The position numbers were made by a program, and so were the translations under genes. This document shows, piece by piece, positions 41,567 to 49,470 of a stretch of 61,886 bases of DNA. Source of the DNA: Arcobacter sp. (GTDB taxonomy: Bacteria; Campylobacterota; Campylobacteria; Campylobacterales; Arcobacteraceae); contig JBBITK010000002.1 in the NCBI GenBank assembly GCA_037440805.1, positions 1 through 61,886 of the forward strand. The letters run 5' to 3'. The notes under the pieces were generated by a model. That model searched no databases. It had not been told where the DNA came from and worked only from the letters and a program-made list of their open reading frames with translations. The stretch's first letter is position 1. The number at the start of each line of letters is the position of its first letter.

Positions 41567-41654
41567 TTATCTCAAGCTCACTCCAACCCTTTGTTTCTAC
41601 AAATCCCGCTTATAACTTTTAAATTTTTCAACTGTTGATTTATACTCAAAACTT
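41567..41654 (-). repeat. Degenerate duplicate of the tex 3' end (direct repeat of 42264-42352)
   Basis: Hand alignment gives 10 substitutions and 1 deletion over 89 nt, and includes the stop codon. Confidence 0.92.
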
Positions 41655-41659
41655 AAATC

Positions 41660-41689
41660 TTGACAAAAAGATACTATATTTAGTACAAT
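41660..41689 (+). promoter_or_regulatory. Sigma70-like promoter with overlapping palindrome (TA operator candidate)
   Basis: TTGACA (41660-41665), 18 nt, TACAAT (41684-41689). TACTA-N4-TAGTA at 41672-41685. Confidence 0.7.
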
Positions 41690-41713
41690 ATTTCATATTT
41701 AAAAAGGATTTAT

Positions 41714-41965
41714 ATGCAACCAATTTTAGCAAATTATACAGCGAGTATCACAGAACTCAAAAAGTCTCCTACTCAATTACTCAATGATGCAGGTGATGAG
41801 GTTATAGCTATTTTAAATCATAATATTCCAAGTGCTTATTTAGTTCCAAGTAAGTTATATGAAAAAATGATGGATATTATTGATGATTATCATTTATCTT
41901 TAGAAGTTGAAAAATCTTTAACTGATGGTGAAAAATCAATCAAAGTAAACTTAGATGACTTATAA
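41714..41965 (+). CDS. Phd/YefM family antitoxin (StbD-like)
   Basis: ASITELKKSP and AILNHNIPSAYLVP. Overlaps the toxin start. Confidence 0.92.
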   Translation: MQPILANYTASITELKKSPTQLLNDAGDEVIAILNHNIPSAYLVPSKLYEKMMDIIDDYHLSLEVEKSLTDGEKSIKVNLDDL

Positions 41966-42239
41966 TCTTGAGTTTAAACCTAAAGCTTTAAAAGAGTGGA
42001 GTAAGCTAGGCTCTACAATAAAAGAGCAGTTTAAAAATAAACTAAAAGAGAGATTGGAAAATCCAAGAGTTGAAAAAGACAAACTAAGTGGATATGAAAA
42101 TGTTTATAAAATTAAACTAAAAACTGTTGGTTATAGACTGGCTTACGAAGTAAAAGATGAAGAGATAATAGTTTTGGTATTGGCTGTTGGGAAAAGAGAA
42201 AAAGATAAAATATATAAAGATTTAAAAGATAGATTTTGA
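41955..42239 (+). CDS. relE: RelE/StbE family toxin
   Basis: YNLEFKPKALKEWSKL, YKIKL...GYRLAY and VLAVGKRE. Confidence 0.92.
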   Translation: MTYNLEFKPKALKEWSKLGSTIKEQFKNKLKERLENPRVEKDKLSGYENVYKIKLKTVGYRLAYEVKDEEIIVLVLAVGKREKDKIYKDLKDRF

Positions 42240-42263
42240 TTTTTTACTCTTTTTTTTAATAAG

Positions 42264-44375
42264 TTACTTCAAACTCACCCCAACCCTCTGTTTCTCCAAA
42301 TCCACGCTTATAACTTTTAAACTCTTCAACTGTTGATTTATACTTAAAATTTCGCTTGGATGGGCTATTCTTTTTTCACTTATTTGTGAGATATGAAGTA
42401 GTGCGTCATTTTTTAGACCAATATCCACAAAAGCCCCAAAATCTGTGATGTTTCTTACAACTCCACTTAGTATAAATCCCTCTTTTAAATCCTCAATAGA
42501 TTTTATATCCTTTGAAAACTCCACTTCATCAAATTGGCTTCGTACATCAAAACCTGGTTTTAACAACTCATTTATAATATCTTTTAAAAGCAAAATAGGG
42601 CAGTTTAGCTCTTTTGAAATGTTTTCTATTTCACTATCTTTTATCTCTTCAATTTTGTATTTTTTTTGTAATTTTTCTACAACATCATAATTTTCAGGAT
42701 GAATTGCTGTGTTATCAAGTATAGATTTTCCATCTTTGATTCTCAAAAATCCCACACATTGTTCATAGGCTTTTGCACCAATTCCTTTTACTTTTAGAAG
42801 CTCATTTTTTGAAGTAAATTTTTTGATTTTAGCTCGATAATCTATGATATTAAGTGCAAGTTTTTCAGAAATACCAGATACAAAAGATAGAAGTTTATAT
42901 GAACTTGAGTTCAAATCAACACCAACTCTATTTACCAAATCCACAGTTACATTTTCAAGTTTTAAACCTAACTCTTTTTGGTTTACATCGTGTTGATATT
43001 GACCAATTCCCAAAGATTTTGGGTCGATTTTTACAAGTGCTGCCATTGGGTCTCGAAGTCTTGAAGCTATTGAAATTGCACCTCTTATGGTTACATCAAG
43101 ATTTGGATATTCCATCATAGCTATTTTTGAAGCAGAGTAAACACTAGCACCTATTTCACTAACAACTGCATATTTCACATCTAGTTTTTCTTCATTTATC
43201 AATTTTGATATAAATGCTACTGTCTCTTGTGAAGCTGTACCATTTCCAATAGCAATAGAGCTGATTTTATATTTTTTGATGAGTTCCAAAACAACTTTAG
43301 AAGAGCCTACAAAATCCTCTTTTGGTTTTGTTGGATAGATAACTGCACTATCAAGATAAACTCCATTTTCATCGATAACTGCTAATTTACAACCACTTAC
43401 ATAACCTGGATCCATTCCTAAAATCACTTGATTAACTAGTGGTGGAGTCAATAGTAACTCTTTTAGATTTTTTCCAAAAAGAGTTATTGCTTCACTACTT
43501 GCTTTATCTTTTAGATATGTTAAAACTTCTCTTTTTAAACTAGGAAGCAATAATCTTTTTAAGCCATCTTTATATGCTTCATAAACCAGCTCTTTTGAAC
43601 TAGATGCACTTACAGGAATTCTGTATTTTTTTATATTTTCAAGCATATAATCTTCATCAACTTCTACCTTTAAGCTCAACTCTTTTTCATTTACCGCTCG
43701 GTTTATGGCTAAAAATCTGTGTGATTTTATATATTTTATCTTTTCACTCACATTTGCAACACTTCCATAAACACCATTTTCATTAAATGTTTTTGTTTTT
43801 TTGGTTTCCAAAACAGCATAGTTCAAAATGCTATTTCTAATAATCTCTTTTGTTCTAAAATCATCAGCATATCTTTGGGCTATTATGTCACAAGCACCAT
43901 CTATTGCTTCATCGATACTTTTTATATTTTCATTCAAAAATGATTTTGCTTTTTGATTTACCTCTTCGATACTATATTTCATAGATTGAATAATATTTGC
44001 AAGTGGTTCAAGACCATTTTCAATAGCATTTAGAGTTCTTGAAGATTTTTTCTCTTTAAAAGGTGCATAAATATCTTCCAAAGATTGCAAAGTTTTGGCT
44101 TCGTTTATGATATTTTGTAGTTTTTCATCAAGAAAATTTCTCTCTTTTAGGATAGAGATAATCTCCTCTTTTCTCTCAATAAGTTTCAAAGAGTAGTTAT
44201 AAATCTCTTCAAAATCACGAAGTTGTTCATCTGTGGCATTTGATGTCAAATCTTTTCTATATCTTGCAATAAAAGGGATAGTACAACCATCTTCAAGAAG
44301 TTTTAGTATGTTTTGAATAACACCTTTAGAAAAAGAGGTTTTAACTTCTAAAAGTGCTATTAAGTTTTCAGTCAA
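42264..44375 (-). CDS. tex: Tex family RNA-binding transcriptional accessory protein
   Basis: TIPFIARYRK, GMDPG...GCK, ASVYSAS, GIGQYQHD and S1 domain. TTG start. Confidence 0.95.
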   Translation of the reverse strand: MTENLIALLEVKTSFSKGVIQNILKLLEDGCTIPFIARYRKDLTSNATDEQLRDFEEIYNYSLKLIERKEEIISILKERNFLDEKLQNIINEAKTLQSLEDIYAPFKEKKSSRTLNAIENGLEPLANIIQSMKYSIEEVNQKAKSFLNENIKSIDEAIDGACDIIAQRYADDFRTKEIIRNSILNYAVLETKKTKTFNENGVYGSVANVSEKIKYIKSHRFLAINRAVNEKELSLKVEVDEDYMLENIKKYRIPVSASSSKELVYEAYKDGLKRLLLPSLKREVLTYLKDKASSEAITLFGKNLKELLLTPPLVNQVILGMDPGYVSGCKLAVIDENGVYLDSAVIYPTKPKEDFVGSSKVVLELIKKYKISSIAIGNGTASQETVAFISKLINEEKLDVKYAVVSEIGASVYSASKIAMMEYPNLDVTIRGAISIASRLRDPMAALVKIDPKSLGIGQYQHDVNQKELGLKLENVTVDLVNRVGVDLNSSSYKLLSFVSGISEKLALNIIDYRAKIKKFTSKNELLKVKGIGAKAYEQCVGFLRIKDGKSILDNTAIHPENYDVVEKLQKKYKIEEIKDSEIENISKELNCPILLLKDIINELLKPGFDVRSQFDEVEFSKDIKSIEDLKEGFILSGVVRNITDFGAFVDIGLKNDALLHISQISEKRIAHPSEILSINQQLKSLKVISVDLEKQRVGVSLK

Positions 44376-45102
44376 GAATTACCTCTTTAAAATCACTTCT
44401 TGTGTTTTTCAAAGGCTTGTTTTTAGAGGCTCGTACAGTATAAACAAATGAAATTTTTGGCGTATCTGTGTTGTTTTTACTTGCGTGATGTAGGGTTTTA
44501 CAGTGAAATAAAACAACATCTCCCTTTTGTAAATTTGTGTGAACTTTGGTTGCTATTAGTTTTTTATTCTCTTCATTTTCATCTAAAAAATTATCAACTT
44601 CATCAAATCTATCTTTTGAAAATTCGATTTTATGAGAAGCAGGAATAAACTCTAAAAGTCCATTTTCCAAAAATTCATCTCCCAAACTCAACCAAACAGA
44701 TACCAAATTGTTGTTTTCAAAGTGCCAATATCTTCTGTCTTGATGCCAAAAAGTTCTTGTACTATCGTGGGGCAATTTTGTCATAATTGAGTTATGATGA
44801 GCCAAAGTCAAAATTGGAGTATCATTTAAAATTTGTTTTAAAATAGGTCTGATTTTATCGTTTGTCATCCATTTTTGGAAAACTTCTTCCCTATCGTAAA
44901 CTTGTCTTAATCTTCTAACAGTAATGGTGTTTTTATCAAGGTTCATATACTCTTGTTCCGTCTCTATTGGAGCTATTTTATTTTCCAAGTGATATTTAGC
45001 TTTTTCCAAAATCTCATCACAAAGTTCTGTATCCGCAAAGTTTTTTAGAACCAAAAATCCATTTTTATTAAATTCATTTAATTGTTCATCTGTTAGTGTC
45101 AT
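44368..45102 (-). CDS. Phytanoyl-CoA dioxygenase (PhyH) family Fe/2OG enzyme
   Basis: F.KNGFLVL, WHQD and GDVVLFH..TLH. Confidence 0.9.
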   Translation of the reverse strand: MTLTDEQLNEFNKNGFLVLKNFADTELCDEILEKAKYHLENKIAPIETEQEYMNLDKNTITVRRLRQVYDREEVFQKWMTNDKIRPILKQILNDTPILTLAHHNSIMTKLPHDSTRTFWHQDRRYWHFENNNLVSVWLSLGDEFLENGLLEFIPASHKIEFSKDRFDEVDNFLDENEENKKLIATKVHTNLQKGDVVLFHCKTLHHASKNNTDTPKISFVYTVRASKNKPLKNTRSDFKEVILD

Positions 45103-45144
45103 GATTTACTCTTATGTTTATTATTTTTAGAATTATAGTAAATT

Positions 45145-45849
45145 TTAGTTTATTATTGCATCGTGCCATTGCACAAGAGAGATTCTTCTTCCGTTTATTA
45201 CCTTTGAAACTTCATGGGTAAAAAATGGATTACTCAAAAAAACAACCATATCTCCAGCTTTTGGTTTTAGTTTTATTTGATTTTGATTTTCATCAAATAA
45301 AAAATTAAAAAGCAATTCTCCACCACTAAAAGAATCAGAAGATGGATTTTTTTCATCATAAGCTGTTGTAAAAAGAACAGTGGAAATTTTTCTTTGTTTT
45401 GCAACAGGGTTAAATCCAATAATTTTTTCATCTTTCACAAGCATATTGGAATCATCGCTGTGCATTGCATAAAAAGAGTTTTTTAAATATTCCAAAACTT
45501 GAACTTTTGTAGAACTTGAAACAACAAGTGAAAAAAAGTTCTCTATTTTATTTTTATAATCCAAAAATCTATCGTTATAAAGTTTTAGATGAAACTCATT
45601 TAAAGAGTAAATATTTGTTTTTCTGATTTTTTCATTTGTTTGACTTTTTGAATTATCCGATTTTATTTGAGCTATTTCAAAATCTTCATTTTTAATAGAG
45701 TCATTTATCTCTTTGCATTCATCAAGTGATAAGAAATTTTCTATTATCAAATAAGGATAGTCATAATAAGGGTTTGGAAGATATTTTGTTTCAATATCCA
45801 AAGTAGTTAAAAAATCAGAACAATAAATATAGTTGCTTATTTGTGTCAT
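45145..45849 (-). CDS. 2OG-Fe(II) oxygenase (prolyl 4-hydroxylase-like)
   Basis: HSD, RKIS, FSGGEL, HEV and R.S motifs. Confidence 0.88.
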   Translation of the reverse strand: MTQISNYIYCSDFLTTLDIETKYLPNPYYDYPYLIIENFLSLDECKEINDSIKNEDFEIAQIKSDNSKSQTNEKIRKTNIYSLNEFHLKLYNDRFLDYKNKIENFFSLVVSSSTKVQVLEYLKNSFYAMHSDDSNMLVKDEKIIGFNPVAKQRKISTVLFTTAYDEKNPSSDSFSGGELLFNFLFDENQNQIKLKPKAGDMVVFLSNPFFTHEVSKVINGRRISLVQWHDAIIN

Positions 45850-45856
45850 ATTTCTC

Positions 45857-45884
45857 CTTTCATAAACTAAGCAGTTTATGAAAG
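45857..45884. other. Perfect 12-bp hairpin abutting the RBS of the 2OG oxygenase
   Basis: CTTTCATAAACT-AAGC-AGTTTATGAAAG. Confidence 0.6.
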
Positions 45885-45896
45885 TTAAAAGAAATT

Positions 45897-46127
45897 TTAT
45901 TCATTGTCGTCATAATTACCTTTATGGGCTAAATGACCTGAATCATTAAAGTCATAGTTATCGTATTCACTATAATCGTTAGTAAATATTTTTGAGTAAC
46001 CTAATTTTTGAAGTTCTTTATCTATATTTTCTTCAGACAACCTATTTTTTACCCTATTCATGATTAATTCAATGTGCTCTTCAGAGACATTATTAGCTCT
46101 TAATTCATAAATAATTGCTAAATCCAT
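45897..46127 (-). CDS. Small acidic hypothetical protein
   Basis: 76 aa, AGGA RBS, D/N/Y-rich tail. Confidence 0.75.
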   Translation of the reverse strand: MDLAIIYELRANNVSEEHIELIMNRVKNRLSEENIDKELQKLGYSKIFTNDYSEYDNYDFNDSGHLAHKGNYDDNE

Positions 46128-46167
46128 TTTATGCTTTCCTCTAAATTAATGTAATAATTTTTTTAAT

Positions 46168-47268
46168 TTACTCTTTGATAAAAAGTTTATTGTCAATATA
46201 AAAACTACTTAATATGTACAAAATAGACTTAACAGATTTGATTGAAGCTGTCTCTTCAACGGTGTGATAACCTGTAGTCGGTATTTGTAAAGTAGTTCCT
46301 TGAATAGCACCATTTGAAGCCATAATAATTCTTCCAAGTTCTGTACTTCCAAGGGTTAATAGTGGTAAACCTTTCTCTTTTCTGATTTTATTTTTTTCTT
46401 GAATAAAATTATCCTTACAAGAAAAATTTATACTATTTTTATGACAAAAATTTTTTAACTGTTTCAAAATAGGAGATTTAAATTTGGCATTTGCATCTCT
46501 ATTTCTCAAAACTACCTGTTGAACATCTGCATCATTTCTATTTTCATAGGGACTTGTATCCAATACTAAAAGCTCATTTGTAGTTATCTTATTTTTTTTG
46601 AACCATTCATGAACATAAGTCCAAGATTTACCAGCTTCTTCTTGTGCTGTAAAAAATGCTGTTCCTTGAAAACCTTTTTGGTATAAATATATTATGATAG
46701 CTGCAGAGATAACATTATCAAGTTGAGCTGATATTAAATCATCTTTTCTTTTTAATTTATCACTAAATGCAATAGGAGTACCTGGTAATAAATGCGATAA
46801 TCCATCTATTTTAAAAATCAAGTTATTTATCTCTTCACATACATAAACATCAGAAATTTGACCAATACCTAAATAACCACCACTCCAAGGCTCATAAGCT
46901 TGTACTTGTTGGTTTATATATCTTTTTGCAATAGATTGATAAGTCTGTTCAGAAACAGAATTTCCTCTTAAATCAGATCTATTTTTTGATAGAAATGCAG
47001 CGAATTGGAACTCATTTGGTCCTGTACAAATAATACCGTGTCTGTCAATGTGAGCACTTAATATACCTTTGGTTGGAGTTTCTCCTTGTGAAACTAGTAA
47101 ACCATCGTAAAGTTGAGTTTTTATGCCTATCTCTTCTAACTCTCTTTTGAGATAAAGAAGGAAAGATTGCTCCGCACCTGTAACAGAAGGTACTCTGATG
47201 AGTTGTTTTAGAATATCTAAAAAAGAGACAAAATCTACAATTGATTCATTGGAATAATAATTATCCAA
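46168..47268 (-). CDS. M42/M20-like metallopeptidase
   Basis: PSVTGAE, AHIDRHG, QLDN, QEE, LD and GYHT metal-ligand pattern. TTG start after GGAG. Confidence 0.82.
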   Translation of the reverse strand: MDNYYSNESIVDFVSFLDILKQLIRVPSVTGAEQSFLLYLKRELEEIGIKTQLYDGLLVSQGETPTKGILSAHIDRHGIICTGPNEFQFAAFLSKNRSDLRGNSVSEQTYQSIAKRYINQQVQAYEPWSGGYLGIGQISDVYVCEEINNLIFKIDGLSHLLPGTPIAFSDKLKRKDDLISAQLDNVISAAIIIYLYQKGFQGTAFFTAQEEAGKSWTYVHEWFKKNKITTNELLVLDTSPYENRNDADVQQVVLRNRDANAKFKSPILKQLKNFCHKNSINFSCKDNFIQEKNKIRKEKGLPLLTLGSTELGRIIMASNGAIQGTTLQIPTTGYHTVEETASIKSVKSILYILSSFYIDNKLFIKE

Positions 47269-47292
47269 TATTCATTCTCCAGAAAAATTTAG

Positions 47293-47359
47293 ATAGAATA
47301 AACTAAACCCTGAATATAAGCCTTTGCAAGATTAATTACAGAACTTCTTTTTATTCTAT
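47293..47359 (-). promoter_or_regulatory. Long structured 5' leader hairpin
   Basis: AUAGAAUAAA/UUUAUUCUAU outer stem, AAGUUCUG/CAGGGUUU middle stem and GCAA loop. TATAAT on the minus strand at 47366-47371. Confidence 0.55.
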
Positions 47360-47581
47360 GTTGTAATTATAAACTATAAAAAAAGAAAATATTCTAAAAT
47401 AAAGCTTAAAATATAACCAGTATACCTTACTTATTTTGTATGGTATTGAAAATATTGAAATATCTTAATAAAATCGAATATTATTGATATAGTTGATTAA
47501 ATCTATATAGATTAAATTTAATTACTATTTTATTGTAAATCGATATAATTACAAAAATTAGAGTTGATTAGAGGAGCGTTA

Positions 47582-49168
47582 ATGTCAAAAGAGTTATCAG
47601 CAGTAGAAAAACTAAAGGCTTCAAGAAATCCATTGGAAGTTATAAAAGATATGTACAAAGAGGCACAAGAGGGTATTCCTTTGAGTGCAGATTATATTGG
47701 ATTATTAAAATGGTATGGAATGTACCCTCATGTAAATAGTGAAGGTTTAGAAGATAAAAAATATTTTATGAAAAGAATAAAATTAGTTGATGCCACTATG
47801 AATTTGGAACAACTAGGAGTTATGGCAAAAATTGGTCAAGATTATGCTCAAGGTTTGGTTGATTTTACAACTAGACAAAATGTGCAATTTCACTATATTC
47901 AAATCAAAGATATTCCAGCAATTTTTGAGTTATTACAAAGTGTTGGTTTAACTTCAAGAATGGCATCGGGAGATGGACCTAGACCAATTATGACTTGTCC
48001 AGTTGGCGGAATAGATAAAAATGAGATTTTTGATGCAAGGGAACTTGTAAAAGATGTGGATACATATTTTGATAAACATGATGAAAGATTTTGTAATTTC
48101 CCAAGAAAATATAAAATAGGAATTAGTGGTTGTGGTTGTCATTGTGCAGCCCATGAAATTCAAGATGTTGCATTTACAGCATTTAAAAATGAAGCAGGAG
48201 AAGTTTTATTTGATTTAACTATTGGTGGAGGTTTATCAAAATCAAAACAGATAGCAACAAGAGCTTCAAGATATGTAAAACCTGAACAAGTAAGAGATGT
48301 GGCTGTGGCTTGTGCTGAAATTTTTAGAGATAATGGAAATAGAGAAAATAGAAATAAAGCTAGAGTTAGACACCTTTTAAATGATTGGGGAATTGAAAAA
48401 TTTGTTGATGAGATTGAAAAAATTATCGGATACAAACTTCAAGAGGGATTAGTTGAGCCAAAAATTGCTTCATTTGAAGATAGAAATCATTTTGGAATAA
48501 ACAAAGCAAAACAAGAGGGTTACTCTTATGTTGGATTTGCTACAAATTCGGGAAGAGTTGCAGGAGTTGATTTCCAAGCTATGTATGAAATTTGTAAAAA
48601 ATATAATGCAGGTGGATTATCTTTGACTGCTACTCAAAATTTTGTGGTTTATGGTGTAAAAGATGAGGTAGTTCAAGATTTAGCAGATGAGTTTGCATCT
48701 TTGGGTTATCCATACAAACCAACACCATTTAGAGCAAGATTACAATCTTGTACAGGAAAAGAGTTCTGTAAGTTTGGTATAACAGAAACTAAAGAGTTTG
48801 CTAAAAAAGTTTTAGTTGAACTTGAAGAAAAATTCCCTGATTTTACTGAAAATGTAACAATAGGAATTTCAGGATGCGGAAATGGATGTTCTCAACCTCA
48901 AATCTCTGATATAGGATTTGTTGGAGCTATGTTTAGATATGAGGGTGAAAGAGTAGAGGGATATGAAGTTTTATTGGGTGGAAATCTTGAAGGAACAGCA
49001 AAAAGTAGATTATCAAGAAAAATAGGTGTTAAAGTACCTGCAAATCAAATGGTTTCTTATGTGGAGAGTTTGATAAACGATTATAAATCAGACAATTTAG
49101 GACAAAAAACTTTCAAAGATTATTTATCTGTGTTGCAACCAGCTGGTGCTGTTGCCGATGAAGAATAG
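47582..49168 (+). CDS. Ferredoxin-type nitrite/sulfite reductase (siroheme-4Fe4S)
   Basis: FTTRQNVQFH, PRKYKIGISGC and CTGKEFC..GCGNGC. Start at MSKEL after GAGGAG. Confidence 0.92.
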   Translation: MSKELSAVEKLKASRNPLEVIKDMYKEAQEGIPLSADYIGLLKWYGMYPHVNSEGLEDKKYFMKRIKLVDATMNLEQLGVMAKIGQDYAQGLVDFTTRQNVQFHYIQIKDIPAIFELLQSVGLTSRMASGDGPRPIMTCPVGGIDKNEIFDARELVKDVDTYFDKHDERFCNFPRKYKIGISGCGCHCAAHEIQDVAFTAFKNEAGEVLFDLTIGGGLSKSKQIATRASRYVKPEQVRDVAVACAEIFRDNGNRENRNKARVRHLLNDWGIEKFVDEIEKIIGYKLQEGLVEPKIASFEDRNHFGINKAKQEGYSYVGFATNSGRVAGVDFQAMYEICKKYNAGGLSLTATQNFVVYGVKDEVVQDLADEFASLGYPYKPTPFRARLQSCTGKEFCKFGITETKEFAKKVLVELEEKFPDFTENVTIGISGCGNGCSQPQISDIGFVGAMFRYEGERVEGYEVLLGGNLEGTAKSRLSRKIGVKVPANQMVSYVESLINDYKSDNLGQKTFKDYLSVLQPAGAVADEE

Positions 49169-49469
49169 AATTTTTAAGATATTTTTTGTTTTATTATTCC
49201 CTTTTGTGCTAAATGCACAAGAGGGATATGTTGTAGAAAAAAAATCCTTATGTAATTACTATCTTTTGGAGAGTAAAAATAGTTTTTCAATTTTTGAGTG
49301 GTATGGTGGAATAGAGATTGAAAATGGGGATATTTTAACTGGAGATTTTAATTATGGCGTGGTTGAATTATATAACTCTTCAAAGGAGAGTATGGTAAAA
49401 GTAAAAATAGTAGAATATTTATTGGGTAAAGATTCCGCTTATAAAATCTACGAAGAGAAGTGTAAATAG
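49158..49469 (+). CDS. Small secreted hypothetical protein
   Basis: Signal-peptide-like MKNRIFKIFFVLLFPFVLNA, two Cys. Overlaps the upstream stop. Confidence 0.65.
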   Translation: MKNRIFKIFFVLLFPFVLNAQEGYVVEKKSLCNYYLLESKNSFSIFEWYGGIEIENGDILTGDFNYGVVELYNSSKESMVKVKIVEYLLGKDSAYKIYEEKCK

Positions 49470-49470
49470 A

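Larger units (their letters stand above)
41655..42263. mobile_element. Minimal TA islet between tex 3'-end direct repeats (no integrase)
   Basis: Contains only a promoter, antitoxin and toxin, bounded by the two tex-end copies. Confidence 0.6.

Noticed and set aside
40963-42263. Prophage, IS or integron
   Set aside because: No integrase, transposase, terminal inverted repeats or attC-like sites were recognisable.
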